Shown here one piece after another: positions 8,865-19,146 of a stretch of DNA of 64,000 nt. Below the pieces are notes generated by a model. That model saw nothing but the letters and a program-made list of their open reading frames with translations. It had not been told where the DNA came from and ran no database searches. Positions within the stretch are counted from its first letter, which is position 1; the number at the start of each line of letters is the position of its first letter. Source of the DNA: an uncultured Acidimicrobiaceae bacterium (GTDB taxonomy: Bacteria > Actinomycetota > Acidimicrobiia > Acidimicrobiales > RAAP-2); NCBI GenBank assembly GCA_963821755.1, contig CAWGEX010000002.1, positions 864,717 to 928,716 of the forward strand, in the 5' to 3' direction. Both the position numbers and the translations under genes were made by a program.

Positions 8865-10652
8865 TCAGGTGGCGGGTCCCTTGGCGATTTCAGCCAGGAA
8901 CTCGTCGTTGCTGTTCGTGGTGCGGATCTTGTCCATGAGCAATTCAAGTCCGGCCGCTTCCTTGCCGTCATTGGCCAGGGCATTGAGCACCCGGCGCAAC
9001 TTCCACACCTGGGCCAGCTGCCCGCGATCGAACAGCAACTCCTCGTGGCGGGTCGAGCTGGCGTTGACGTCGATGGCCGGGTAGAGCCGACGCTCGGAGA
9101 GACGGCGGTCGAGACGGAGCTCCATGTTGCCGGTTCCCTTGAACTCCTCGAAAATGACCTCGTCCATCTTTGATCCGGTCTCGACCAGAGCCGAAGCCAG
9201 AATGGTGAGCGAGCCACCCTCTTCAATGTTTCGGGCCGCACCGAAGAACTTCTTGGGTGGGTAGAGCGCACCCGAGTCGACACCACCGGACATGATCCGG
9301 CCGGTCGCCGGTGCGGCCAGGTTGTAGGCCCGGGCCAGACGTGTGATGCCGTCCAGGATGATCACGACGTCGCGACCCACCTCGACCAGGCGCTTGGCCC
9401 GCTCCAGGGTCAGTTCGGACACCTGCGTGTGCTCCTCGGCCGGACGGTCAAAGGTCGACGCGATGACCTCGCCCCGTACCGAGCGTCGCATGTCGGTGGC
9501 TTCTTCGGGGCGTTCGGCAACCAGCAGGACCATGAGGTGGACGTCCGGGTTGTTGGCCTCAATGGAGTGGGCAATCTGCTTCATGACCGTCGTCTTGCCC
9601 GCCTTCGGCGGCGAGACGATCAGGCCACGCTGCCCCTTGCCGATGGGCGAGAGGAGGTCGACGATGCGAGCGGTCAGGTTGTCCTTGTCGCCGTGGTCCT
9701 GCATTTCCAGGTGCAGCCGGGAATCGGGAAACAGCGGGGTGAGATCCTCGAAGTGGGGACGGTTGCGAGCCTCTTCGGGGTCCAGACCCGAGACCGAGTC
9801 GATGCGGAGCAACGCCGGGTACTTCTCATTGTTGGACGCCGGGCGGCAGGCACCTTCGACGTAGTCGCCGCGACGCAGCGCAAACCGTCGGGCCTGACTG
9901 ATGGAGATGTAGACGTCCTTCGGGGACGGCAGGTACCCATCGCAGCGAAGAAACCCGTATCCCTCATCGCGCAGGTCGAGCAAGCCCTTCACGTCGACCA
10001 GTTCGCCTGAGTACGGTTGCTCCTGTCCGCCGCCACCTTGGAGTTCACCACCGGGTCCACGCTCGCGGCCACGCCGGCGGCGACTGCGCCGGTTGCCGAC
10101 ATCGCCACCGTCACCCTGCGACTGGTTGTTCTGGTTGTTCTGGTTGTTCTGGTTGTTCTGGTTGTTGCGGTTGTTCTGGTTCTGGTTGTTGCGGTTGTTC
10201 TGGCCTTGCCCCGATCCGGGTCGATTTCGAGTCTGCTGCTGGCCCGACGTCGCGCCCTGCCCGTTCTGTGCCGACCCGTTGTTCTCGCTCCCGTCGGCGA
10301 GATCAGGAGGCTCCACGAAGACGGCCGGGCCGGTGTCGACCGGGGCCGCTTCCTGCGGTGCGGTCTCGGCGGGAGGTTCGGCGCTGGCGGATGCCTCAGT
10401 CTCGGCTCCTTCGGCCGTGGCCGTCGCGCTCACCCGGGGGCGCCGAGCGGGCTTGGTGCCATTGCTATCCCCATTGCCGCTGGCGGCGTCGCCGTTGGTG
10501 GTCACGCCGGTGGCGTCGAGTATTTGAGAGATGATGTCGGCCTTTTTGGTCCGGGTCGTCGTCTTGAGCGACATGGCCTGGGCGATGGCGTTGAGCTCTT
10601 CTCGCTCTTTGCCTTCAAGTACCGATCTTTCGAGCTGCTGCTCCGCAGTCAT
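8865..10652 (-). CDS. rho: transcription termination factor Rho with a long low-complexity N-terminal insertion
   Basis: 595 aa. N-terminal [22 protein letters not shown]-binding domain GYGFLR, Walker A PPKAGKT, C-terminal [24 protein letters not shown]. An insertion of about 160 aa rich in A/E/P, then N/Q, then R/G lies between them. Confidence 0.97.
   Translation of the reverse strand: MTAEQQLERSVLEGKEREELNAIAQAMSLKTTTRTKKADIISQILDATGVTTNGDAASGNGDSNGTKPARRPRVSATATAEGAETEASASAEPPAETAPQEAAPVDTGPAVFVEPPDLADGSENNGSAQNGQGATSGQQQTRNRPGSGQGQNNRNNQNQNNRNNQNNQNNQNNQNNQSQGDGGDVGNRRSRRRRGRERGPGGELQGGGGQEQPYSGELVDVKGLLDLRDEGYGFLRCDGYLPSPKDVYISISQARRFALRRGDYVEGACRPASNNEKYPALLRIDSVSGLDPEEARNRPHFEDLTPLFPDSRLHLEMQDHGDKDNLTARIVDLLSPIGKGQRGLIVSPPKAGKTTVMKQIAHSIEANNPDVHLMVLLVAERPEEATDMRRSVRGEVIASTFDRPAEEHTQVSELTLERAKRLVEVGRDVVIILDGITRLARAYNLAAPATGRIMSGGVDSGALYPPKKFFGAARNIEEGGSLTILASALVETGSKMDEVIFEEFKGTGNMELRLDRRLSERRLYPAIDVNASSTRHEELLFDRGQLAQVWKLRRVLNALANDGKEAAGLELLMDKIRTTNSNDEFLAEIAKGPAT
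10122..10199 (-). repeat. 9-nt tandem repeat (ctggttgtt, i.e. AAC-AAC-CAG) inside rho encoding (NNQ)n
   Basis: Five perfect consecutive ctggttgtt units, then gcggttgtt / ctggtt / ctggttgtt / gcggttgtt. Protein reads [27 protein letters not shown]. Confidence 0.9.
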
Positions 10653-10864
10653 CGGGCTCCTCTTCCGTAGAGGGTTAACGCCTGCTCGGGATATCCGCGC
10701 GTGGCGAGGGTAAATAGGGAGGCGAAGGGATCCGTGCTGGATGCCCTCCCCCGATCACCTCTGCCAAAAGCACCCCGGGACCATTTTTGGTACCCGCGGA
10801 GAGCGCTGCGTCGCGCAGAGGGGATGAGTACACATTAGCGGTCGCGAACACCCAATGCCAACAT

Positions 10865-10886
10865 CCCCAGGTGGCGGTGCCTGGGG
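10865..10886 (-). terminator. hairpin between thrC and rho (possible thrC terminator or rho-leader element)
   Basis: ccccagg-tggcggtg-cctgggg, a perfect 7-bp stem starting about 20 nt after the thrC stop. The downstream tract on the minus strand is only weakly U-rich. Confidence 0.3.
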
Positions 10887-10908
10887 AATGGGCCTTGCGG
10901 GGGCTGAT

Positions 10909-11952
10909 TCACAGGGAAAGCTCGGCCAGAATGGTCCTGAGATTGAGGTCGATCACCGTCGGCACGGAAATCTGGCTGATGGCCAGGTCCGGATCCTTCA
11001 AACCGTGACCCGTCAGGACGCACACCACCTTTGACCCCTCGGGCACGCCGGTCTTCATGAGCCCGGCCACCGAGGCCGCCGAGGCCGCCTCGCAGAACAC
11101 GGACTCCTGCTGGGCCAAGAAGGTGTAGGCCGCCAGGATCTCGGCATCCGTGACAGCGGTAATGGAGCCACCCGACTCACTGGCGGCGGCCGCGGCCGAG
11201 TACCAGCTGGCCGGATTCCCGATGCGGATGGCGGTGGCGATCGTCTCGGGATTCTCGACCACGTGGCCGAGCACCATGGGCGCGGCCCCAGCCGCTTGGA
11301 AACCGAGCATCCGGGGCAGCCTGGTCGAGCGACCGGCCTCCTTGTACTGCAGGTAGCCGCGCCAATAGGCGGTGATGTTGCCGGCGTTGCCAACCGGGAT
11401 GCAGTGGACATCGGGAGCGTCCCCCAGCACATCGACAATCTCGAAGGCACCGGTCTTCTGTCCTTCGATCCGGTGGGGGTTGACCGAGTTGACGACGGTG
11501 ATCGGCGCGTGATCCGGCAGTTCCCGAACGATCGACAACGCCTCGTCGAAGTTACCCCGGACCTGCAGGACCCGGGCACCGTGGACGAGGGCCTGGGCCA
11601 ACTTGCCCAAGGCAATGTGCCCGTCGGGGATCAGAACGGCGCAGGTCAATCCGGCCCGGGCGGCGTAGGCCGCGGCCGAGGCCGAGGTGTTGCCGGTCGA
11701 GGCGCAGACGACCGCCTTGGCCCCCTCCTCCACGGCCTTGGAGATGGCCATGGTCATCCCCCGGTCCTTGAACGACCCGGTGGGGTTGGCCCCTTCCACC
11801 TTGAGCCAGACCTGTGCGCCCATCCGCTCGGACAGGCGCGGCGCCGGCAACAGAGGTGTCCCACCTTCGCACAGGGTGACCACCGGCGAGTCTGGTGTCA
11901 GGGGCAGGAAAGGCCGATACTCCTCCATCACTCCCCGCCAGCCCCGTGCCAC
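10909..11952 (-). CDS. thrC: threonine synthase
   Basis: 347 aa. [10 protein letters not shown], the PLP site [15 protein letters not shown], and [18 protein letters not shown]. Confidence 0.94.
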   Translation of the reverse strand: MARGWRGVMEEYRPFLPLTPDSPVVTLCEGGTPLLPAPRLSERMGAQVWLKVEGANPTGSFKDRGMTMAISKAVEEGAKAVVCASTGNTSASAAAYAARAGLTCAVLIPDGHIALGKLAQALVHGARVLQVRGNFDEALSIVRELPDHAPITVVNSVNPHRIEGQKTGAFEIVDVLGDAPDVHCIPVGNAGNITAYWRGYLQYKEAGRSTRLPRMLGFQAAGAAPMVLGHVVENPETIATAIRIGNPASWYSAAAAASESGGSITAVTDAEILAAYTFLAQQESVFCEAASAASVAGLMKTGVPEGSKVVCVLTGHGLKDPDLAISQISVPTVIDLNLRTILAELSL

Positions 11953-11954
11953 GG

Positions 11955-13280
11955 TCAGTCTCCCTCTTCGCCAATGACGCGTAGGACACCACTGACCCGG
12001 TCCACCGCCTGGAGCATGCGCAATTCGTCAATGGTGGCCAAGAGGTCGCCCTCACGCGCCACATGCGTGAGGAAGATCAACCGGGCTTCGTCCGCCAGGC
12101 CGACCTGCTCCATGGCCCGGATTGACACATCGTGAGTCCCGAAGACATGGGCCACGGCGGCCAGCACGCCCGGACGATCAGCCACGTCCATGCTCAGGTA
12201 GAAGGCCGATCGCAACTCGGCCTGAGGGCGCACGGTGGCGCTGGAGCGCTTCGGCGCCGGCGCCGGGGCCCCGGCTCGTAGATTTCGAGCGGCGTCGACC
12301 AGGTCACCCAGCACCGCGCTGGCCGTGGGACCGCCGCCGGCGCCGCGCCCGTACAGCATGAGCTCGCCGCTCACCGCGCCTTCGACGAAGACGGCATTGA
12401 ATTCCCCCCGCACCGAAGCCAGCGGATGGGTGCGGGGCACCATGGCGGGGTGGACCCGGACGGAGATCTCCGGGCCACCGTCGACCAGTTCGGCCACGGC
12501 CAGCAGCTTGACCGAGTACCCGAGGCGATTGGCATAGGACACGTCGGCGGCGCTGATCGTCGTGATGCCCTCGCGGTGCACATCGGCATCGACGAGATCG
12601 ATGCCAAAGGCCAGCGCGGCGAGAATGGCCGCCTTGGCGGCGGCGTCGTGGCCCTCGACGTCGGCCGCGGGATCTCGCTCGGCCAATCCCAACTCCTGCG
12701 CCTCGGCCAAGGCGTCGGCGTACTGAATACCGTCGTCTTCCATCCGGGTCAGGATGAAGTTCGTCGTCCCGTTGACGATCCCCATGACCCGTACGATCTG
12801 CTCGCCCGCCAACGACTCTCGCAGCGGGCGGATGACCGGGATGGCCCCGCCCACCGCGGCTTCGTACAGCAGGTCGACGTGGTGGGCCGCGGCCACATCG
12901 GCCAACTCGGCCCCCGCCACGGCCAGCAGTGCCTTGTTCCCCGAGACCACGGGCTTTCCCGCTCGAAGAGCGGCCTCGATGAGCTCGTGGGCCGGGTGGA
13001 CGCCGCCAATGAGCTCGACCACGACGTCGACGTCGGGGCGGACCACCAGGGCCGCCGCGTCGCTCCCGATGAGATCGGGTGGGATGAGCGGGGACCGCGG
13101 CCGGGTCACGTCGGCGACGGCGATGCCGGCCAGCTCGAGGCTGATGCCGGTCCGGGCGGCGATGTCGTCTCCATGGGTCAGCACGAGCTCGGCCAGTGCC
13201 CCGCCCACGTTGCCGCAGCCCAACAGGGCGACCCGCACCGTCGACGATGCTGGGGGCGCGTCAGCGCCGGTGTTGGCCAT
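11955..13280 (-). CDS. hom: homoserine dehydrogenase (with C-terminal ACT domain)
   Basis: 441 aa. [11 protein letters not shown] Rossmann motif, [33 protein letters not shown], and an ACT-like C-terminus. Confidence 0.93.
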   Translation of the reverse strand: MANTGADAPPASSTVRVALLGCGNVGGALAELVLTHGDDIAARTGISLELAGIAVADVTRPRSPLIPPDLIGSDAAALVVRPDVDVVVELIGGVHPAHELIEAALRAGKPVVSGNKALLAVAGAELADVAAAHHVDLLYEAAVGGAIPVIRPLRESLAGEQIVRVMGIVNGTTNFILTRMEDDGIQYADALAEAQELGLAERDPAADVEGHDAAAKAAILAALAFGIDLVDADVHREGITTISAADVSYANRLGYSVKLLAVAELVDGGPEISVRVHPAMVPRTHPLASVRGEFNAVFVEGAVSGELMLYGRGAGGGPTASAVLGDLVDAARNLRAGAPAPAPKRSSATVRPQAELRSAFYLSMDVADRPGVLAAVAHVFGTHDVSIRAMEQVGLADEARLIFLTHVAREGDLLATIDELRMLQAVDRVSGVLRVIGEEGD

Positions 13281-13325
13281 GTGACAACGGTACAGGCTGC
13301 CCGTTCCGGTGTTCGTGAGGCGGGT

Positions 13326-14634
13326 TCAAGAATCGAGGCGGATCAAATCGTCGAAGGTCTCTCGCCGCACGACCACGCGTGCACTCCCGTCCGCCACGAA
13401 CACCACGGCGGGGCGGGGCACCTTGTTGTAGTTGGATGCCATGGAGTAGCCGTAGGCGCCGGTGACCGGCGTGGCCAGGATGTCGCCGACCCGGAGATCC
13501 TCGGGCACGAAGGCCTCGGGGACGATGAGGTCTCCACTCTCGCAGTGCTTCCCGACCAGTCGGACCGAACGTGGCCGCGCCGCGCCGACGGCACGGGGCA
13601 GGAATGCCTCGTACCCGCTGCCGTACAGGACCGGCCGCGGATTGTCGCTCATGCCGCCGTCGACGCTGACATAGGTGCGGATGCCCGGGAGGTCCTTGAT
13701 CGTTCCCACCGTGTAGAGGGTGATGGCCGCCGCCGCCGCGATGGATCGACCGGGCTCGGCCGAGATCCGGGTGGCCGGGTCGACCCCGACCCGCGCGCAT
13801 GCAGCGCGGGTGACCCTCGCCCACTCGGCCTGGGTCGGGGCCGACTCGCCGTTGACATAGGGGACGCCGAGTCCGCCGCCGACCACGAGCTCGGGGAGAG
13901 CGAGCGGGGCGAAGAAGCCGCCCAGTACCTCGGCCGCCTGCTCGAACGAAGACGCTTCGAAGACCTGGCTGCCGATGTGCGCATGGACGCCGACGAGTTC
14001 AGCCCCCGGCAGCAGCTCGAGTGCGCCGACCGCTTGGGCGGCCGCGCCGGACAGCACCGAGAACCCGAATTTGGAATCCTCCTGTCCGGTCCGCACGAAT
14101 TCATGCGTGTGCGCCTCGACTCCCGGGGTGACCCGGACCAGGACCCGGGGCCGCTCACGACGTGCCGAGGGCCCGTCGAGCAATCGCCCCAGCCGGGTGA
14201 TCTCGTCAAAGGAGTCGACCACAATGCGGCCCACCCCACAGGCCAGGGCGTGGGCCAGCTCCTCTTCGGACTTGTTGTTGCCGTGGAGGACCAGCCGGTC
14301 CGCCGGCACACCCGCCGAGAGGGCGACGTGCAGCTCACCCCCCGACGCGAACATCGAGGTGCATGCCTTCTTCATGGGCCAACCGGGCCATCGCCCGGCA
14401 GAGGAAGGCCTTGGTGGCATAGGCCACCCCATCTCCCCAGGCCGCCACCGCCTCACGACAGGCGCGACGCAAGTGGTGCTCGTCGTAGACGAAGAGAGGT
14501 GTCCCGAACTCGGCGGCCAGGTCGAGCAGGTCGATATCGCCGACCCGCAGATGCCCGTTCCCCTCAACGGTTGAAGTCAGGGGCAGCAATGCTCGCTCGA
14601 CCGGGGCCGCGGCCACGGCAACATCTATAGGCAT
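13326..14634 (-). pseudogene. lysA: diaminopimelate decarboxylase interrupted by a 1-nt frame change
   Basis: ORF 14335..14634 encodes the LysA N-terminus, including the PLP-lysine context AYATKAFLC, and ends ...EGMHLDVRVGG-stop. ORF 13326..14567 is LysA only from FASGGELHVALSAGV onward (in-frame ATG at 14354). The two frames meet at gatgttcgcgtcgggggg (about 14338-14355), which contains a G6 run. Confidence 0.85.
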
Positions 14635-14712
14635 GGGAGAGCAGGATACGGCAGCCCATGCTGCCCCTGGGACTGGACCAGGACCCGCCGACTACGATCG
14701 TCCCCTGCTCTT

Positions 14713-14787
14713 GCCCCCGTAGCTCAGCGGATAGAGCACCGGCCTCCGGAGCCGGTGGCGCAGGTTCGAGTCCTGCCGGGGGCGCCA
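14713..14787 (+). tRNA. tRNA-Arg (anticodon CCG), CCA encoded
   Basis: gcccccg ta gctc agcggata gagc a ccggc ctCCGga gccgg tggc gcagg ttcgagt cctgc cgggggc g cca. Full cloverleaf with a 7-bp acceptor stem and a GTTCGAGTC T-loop. Confidence 0.9.
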
Positions 14788-14913
14788 AAATTTCTTGCGG
14801 CGGACATCGTGGAGGTGGAGTCAAGGGGCGCTTCGAACGAGAACGCAATGAACGTGCGCAGCTCATGTTTGGAGCTACTTCCGTGCGAAGTGAGCCAGTT
14901 GCCTGACCGGCGA

Positions 14914-15591
14914 TCAGCCTCGCTCGATGCCGGCCAGGATGGGATGTTGCCCGAACCAGCCGGGAATGCGACGCGTCAAATCCGGGGGACCCGAGAGCGC
15001 GATGCGACCTTCGGCCAAGGCATCGACGAAGCGCGCATCGCCCATCCACACCTGGGTGAGACTTCGCAGGTCCGCGTCGAGCACCACATCGACCTCGAAC
15101 CCCGGATCGGTCAGGCAGAGGTCGACCTCGGCTGCATCGACGACGACCCAGTAGTAGCGACGTCTCGCAGGTACCGACGGGAAGATCATCTGGATGACGA
15201 CCCGACGCTCGCCGAACGCTCCGGGAGCGAGGAAGCGGCGGACGTCCCACAGCAGCAATCCGGGATCGAGGTCTTCGGGCCCGTAGTCGCTGCGCGCCCA
15301 ACGCTGCCCCCAGACCCCGAGGCCCTGGATGAGCGGAAACAGTTCGATTCCTGCCTCGGTCAAGGAATAGACGGGTCCCTGGTCCGTGGTACTCCGGACA
15401 ACGACGCCTGCCTGCTCGAGTTCCTTCAGGCGTTTGGACAAAAGAGCAGGCGAGCAGGTCGGCACACCACGGCGGATCTCGTTGAAGCGTGAGCTGCCCA
15501 CGAGGAGCTCCCGCACGATCAGAGGTGTCCAGCGCTGACAGAGGATCTCGGTGGCCTTGGACACCGGGCAGAACTGGCCGTACCCGCCCAT
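14914..15591 (-). CDS. HxlR-family winged-helix transcriptional regulator with C-terminal extension
   Basis: 225 aa. CPVSKATEILCQRWTPLIVRELLVGSSRFNEIRRGVPTCSPALLSKRLKELEQAGVV is a typical HxlR/MarR-like HTH. Confidence 0.8.
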   Translation of the reverse strand: MGGYGQFCPVSKATEILCQRWTPLIVRELLVGSSRFNEIRRGVPTCSPALLSKRLKELEQAGVVVRSTTDQGPVYSLTEAGIELFPLIQGLGVWGQRWARSDYGPEDLDPGLLLWDVRRFLAPGAFGERRVVIQMIFPSVPARRRYYWVVVDAAEVDLCLTDPGFEVDVVLDADLRSLTQVWMGDARFVDALAEGRIALSGPPDLTRRIPGWFGQHPILAGIERG

Positions 15592-15687
15592 AACGCCTCT
15601 GAGGCTATCCGCGCTTCAGATCTTGTACTAGCCCCAGTGACCGCCTCGGGTCACGATGGCTGCAGATCGGTCACCCAAAGGAGGCAG

Positions 15688-16503
15688 ATGATGAATCCGA
15701 ATAAAGCGCTCTGGGAGAAGGGTGATTTCACCCGCATCGCCGAGAGTATGAGAGAGAGTGGCGAGGCACTCGTCAAGGAGCTGGGCGTCACCAACGGGCT
15801 CGACGTCTTGGATCTCGGGTGCGGCGATGGAACGACGGCGCTACCAGCAGCCATGCTCGGAGCCAATGTCGTCGGTGTGGACATCGCCAGCAACCTGGTC
15901 GAAGCCGGCAACGAACGGGCGCGACAACTGGGACTCGCCAATTGCCGGTTCCAAGAAGGAGACGCCTCGGACCTGTTCGAGATCGACGACGAGCATTTCG
16001 ATCTCGTCATTAGCATTTTCGGCGCAATGTTCGCTCCGAAGCCCTTTGACGTGGCCAAAGAGACAGTTCGCGTAACGCGGGCCGGTGGTCGGATCGTCAT
16101 GGGGAACTGGATCCCCGGTGACCCGACGTTGGTGGCCCAGATCCTGAGGATCAGCTCCGCCTACTCGCCACCACCTCCCGACGGGTTTGTCAGCCCGATG
16201 ACCTGGGGGGTCGAGGACAACGTGATCGAGCGGTTCGCCGCCGCTGGAGTACCCGACGACCACATCTCGTTCGAGCAGGCCACCTATACCTTCACCTATA
16301 CGGGCACACCGTCGGAGCTTCTCGCCCAGTTCCGGACGTATTACGGGCCGACGATGAATGCCTTCGAGGCTGCGTCCGCCGACGGGCGCGAAGTCGAACT
16401 GCAGGCCGAGCTGGAGGTGCTCTTCAATGCGCAAAACGACAGCCCGAGAAAGGACGTCACTTCAATTCCAGCCACCTTCCTGCTCGTGACAATCGCCAAG
16501 TGA
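15688..16503 (+). CDS. class I SAM-dependent methyltransferase
   Basis: ORF 15637..16503. Preferred start is ATGATG at 15688, preceded by AAAGGAGG. SAM motif VLDLGCGDGT and post-I motif VVGVDIA. Confidence 0.8.
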   Translation: MMNPNKALWEKGDFTRIAESMRESGEALVKELGVTNGLDVLDLGCGDGTTALPAAMLGANVVGVDIASNLVEAGNERARQLGLANCRFQEGDASDLFEIDDEHFDLVISIFGAMFAPKPFDVAKETVRVTRAGGRIVMGNWIPGDPTLVAQILRISSAYSPPPPDGFVSPMTWGVEDNVIERFAAAGVPDDHISFEQATYTFTYTGTPSELLAQFRTYYGPTMNAFEAASADGREVELQAELEVLFNAQNDSPRKDVTSIPATFLLVTIAK

Positions 16504-16589
16504 CTGCGACACTCGTGGCCATCGGCGATCCCGGCGCCGCCCTGCCGGGGGTTCAGGTGAGAATGCCGCTTTCGATCCTGACGGTGCGA

Positions 16590-16985
16590 GGGATCGGGCG
16601 GGCAGTGCTCCGCTCTCCCCTGCCTCGTTCAACTTACCGGCAGATCCTCGGCCAAGGGACGAGCCTCGCCGCCGTACGGAGCATGCCAGATGAGCTGATC
16701 GACATCTTGCTTCTCGCCTGCCGCAGGAAAGGCAATCCAAAGACGGTGGCCTCGCTCATGCGCGCCATCGACGGGTTTCGTCGCCCGCGACCCGAAACGA
16801 TGATGAGCGACAGCGAGTTGGCGCGGATCCAAATACCCGCTTTCTATTGGGGCCGAGAAGATCCGTTCCTCACACCGCACAAGGCACGGCCGTCAATAGC
16901 AAAGATCCCAGGTGCCGTATTGCACGAGGTGACCGGAGGACATGCTCCTTGGTTCGAGAACCCCAGTCGACTGCGCCAAATTGAT
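16590..16985 (+). pseudogene. C-terminal fragment of an alpha/beta-hydrolase (no N-terminal nucleophile part)
   Basis: Within ORF 16500..17375: ...MSDSELARIQIPAFYWGREDPFLTPHKARPSIAKIPGAVLHEVTGGHAPWFENPSRL matches the C-terminal lid and His-loop region of alpha/beta hydrolases. There is no GxSxG segment upstream. Flanking sequence has lower GC and poor codon bias. Confidence 0.45.
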
Positions 16986-17218
16986 CGACGACCACCAGAG
17001 GGCGCGGACGTAAGCGGAGAGAAAGGACGTCCCCATGGGACCACCGCATACCTCAATCGGCGAGCGCTTCGTTCGCTCCCTGCTGGCAAGGGATTGGACG
17101 GGTGTCGCAAACGTCATCGACCCCGCTATCGACTTCCGTGGATTGACACCTGGCTCTCCCTGGGAAGCCACTTCGAGCGAAGTAGCGGTGGCGAGGTTCC
17201 CTTGAGCGCGGCACGCCT

Positions 17219-17893
17219 TTGCGAACGCGGATGCGGCAAGCTTGTCTCGTGCCAGAGATGTCGGCTTCGGCCAAGACGTTTTGTACCAGCAGTCCATATC
17301 GCCTGCTCGCCCGTCGGGTGGTGCTTCCCTGGGTCCTCCAAGGGCTACGGCCCACCGGCGAGGTCTTGGAGGTAGGAGCCGGCAGCGGCTCAATGACAGC
17401 TGGACTGCTGGCGCGGTTCCCGGATCTGACGGTGGTGGCCACCGATTACGACCCGGAGATGGTGGCTGGCGCCAGCCGCTCTCTCAGCTCCTGGTCCGGG
17501 CGGGTCACTGTGGAGGAGGCTGATGCCACCGACCTGCCATTCGACGATGGTCGGTTTTCCCTGGTCTTGTCGTGCGCGATGCTGCACCACGTCGTCGGCT
17601 GGGAGCAGGCTCTATCCGAAGCGACCCGTGTACTGAGACCGGGAGGGAGTCTCGTCGGCTTCGACCTCTTGCATGTTGCAGGGACGAAGTTGCCCCACCA
17701 CCACCGGCACCATTCCAGCGACCAAGCAGGCCAGACTGGCCATACTTCGCCCAGCCACGATGCCGGCGCCAAACGCCTCGTCGACACCAAATCCTTCGAA
17801 CGAGAGCTGACCCGCCTCGGGATGAACTCGGTACTGGTGAGACGATCGTTGGGAGGTCTGACCTTCAGATTTCTTGCGACCCGAAGTAGCTGA
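17219..17893 (+). CDS. class I SAM-dependent methyltransferase
   Basis: 224-aa ORF. VLEVGAGSGSMTAGL, VVATDYDPEMV, DLPFDDGRFSLVLSCAMLHHV, LRPGGSLVGFD. The exact start is uncertain (17219 or an internal Met). Confidence 0.7.
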   Translation: MRTRMRQACLVPEMSASAKTFCTSSPYRLLARRVVLPWVLQGLRPTGEVLEVGAGSGSMTAGLLARFPDLTVVATDYDPEMVAGASRSLSSWSGRVTVEEADATDLPFDDGRFSLVLSCAMLHHVVGWEQALSEATRVLRPGGSLVGFDLLHVAGTKLPHHHRHHSSDQAGQTGHTSPSHDAGAKRLVDTKSFERELTRLGMNSVLVRRSLGGLTFRFLATRSS

Positions 17894-17929
17894 CCTGCAT
17901 CCCAAGGACACCGACGTAGGTGTGGTGGG

Positions 17930-18676
17930 TCAGTGTCCGGCGGCTTGACCTCCATCGATATGCAGCGTCTCGCCGGTGACAAAGGTGGCGTGTTCGAGGT
18001 AGAGGACCCCGTCGACGACGTCGCCGATTTCGCCGAGTCGGCCGAGAGGGTGGAGCTCTGCCATGCCCGCATAGGAGGCGGCGTCGTCCCTCGTCCTGAT
18101 CACCCCCAGGGCGACAGCATTCACCCGAATCCCGCGTGACGCGTACTCAATGGCCAGCGAGCGTGTGGCGGCGGCCAATCCGCCCTTGGTGAGGGCGGTC
18201 AGCGCGGCGGGTGTCTTGCTGTCGGCGTTGTCCACCAGGCTGGTGGTGACGTTGACCACGTGGCCCCTGCCCTGCGTGACCATCTGTCCAATGACGCGTT
18301 GGGTCAAATAGAAGAACCCGGCCAGGTTCACGGAGGTGATGAGGAGATAGTCCTCAAGCGTGTAGTCCGTGAAGGACTTGCCGATGAACACTCCCGCGTC
18401 GTTGACCAGGCAGTCGATCCGTCCGAACCGATTGAGAGCTTGCTCAACCACGTTCCGAGCGGTCTGGGCCTCGGCGATGTCACCCCTCACCGTGAGGAAG
18501 TCGTCCTCATCGGCCGGGCCGATGGAGCGCGAGGTGGCCACAACGGCATACCCCGCACGTCGGAAGCCAGAGACGAGCCCGGCGCCGATACCTTGGGAGC
18601 CGCCGGTGATGATCGCGACCCTCCGGCCCGACGGTGAAGGAGCCGGTTGTCCCGTGCTGTCGAGCGGTGAGGTCAT
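17930..18676 (-). CDS. SDR-family oxidoreductase
   Basis: 248 aa. VAIITGGSQGIGAGL (TGxxxGxG), NDAGV, and a C-terminal PLGRLGEIGDVVDGVLYLEHATFVTGETLHIDGG. Confidence 0.88.
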   Translation of the reverse strand: MTSPLDSTGQPAPSPSGRRVAIITGGSQGIGAGLVSGFRRAGYAVVATSRSIGPADEDDFLTVRGDIAEAQTARNVVEQALNRFGRIDCLVNDAGVFIGKSFTDYTLEDYLLITSVNLAGFFYLTQRVIGQMVTQGRGHVVNVTTSLVDNADSKTPAALTALTKGGLAAATRSLAIEYASRGIRVNAVALGVIRTRDDAASYAGMAELHPLGRLGEIGDVVDGVLYLEHATFVTGETLHIDGGQAAGH

Positions 18677-19146
18677 CCGACGAGGTAGACCTCGTAGATC
18701 ACACCTCCGGGTTGACGTCCGGCGACACCGACGAACACGCCCTTGTTCAGCCAGTCGAGCTCGGATGCCGCCGTCTCGATCTGCGTTGACGTGCGGAACA
18801 CGTATTCACTCGCGTCGACCTCCTCACCGCGACCGAGGCGGGCGAGAACCTCCGCGCTGCCGTGGCGCACTCCCTGAGAACGTACATACAGCAAGTCCCC
18901 GTGATCGGTCCGCAATGTGTAGCGGATGTCTCCGAGTGCGGTGCCGTCTGGTAGGACGATCTGCCAATCGGCGCTCGCTCCGGGGAGGAGCGTGCCGTTG
19001 AGCTCGGGCCCGGCGAATGTGCCACCGGTCAGGGGGACGATTCGCCGTCGCCCCTGCGCCACGTTGCCCACATCGAGGGCCTCGCCCAGGTTCGCCTCCA
19101 AACGGAAGATCTTCGTCAGGCGTGGTTCGGGAAGCCGATTGCTCAT
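18673..19146 (-). CDS. DUF3237-family protein
   Basis: 157 aa. GRRRIVPLTGGTFAGPELNGTLLPGASADWQIVLPDGTALGDIRYTLRTDHGDLLYV is the typical DUF3237 pattern. 4-nt overlap with the downstream SDR. Confidence 0.75.
   Translation of the reverse strand: MSNRLPEPRLTKIFRLEANLGEALDVGNVAQGRRRIVPLTGGTFAGPELNGTLLPGASADWQIVLPDGTALGDIRYTLRTDHGDLLYVRSQGVRHGSAEVLARLGRGEEVDASEYVFRTSTQIETAASELDWLNKGVFVGVAGRQPGGVIYEVYLVG

Noticed and set aside
10122-10199. Tandem repeats at 10122-10199 and 57436-57535 considered as possible CRISPR arrays
   Set aside because: The units are contiguous 9-bp and 15-bp repeats without spacers. One lies inside rho in frame. No cas genes are present in the window.
15637-15654. Inverted repeat GTGACCgcctcgGGTCAC upstream of the methyltransferase at 15688, as an HxlR operator
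   Set aside because: It is plausible but unsupported. The arms are short and GC-rich (common by chance here), and I know no HxlR consensus to compare with.
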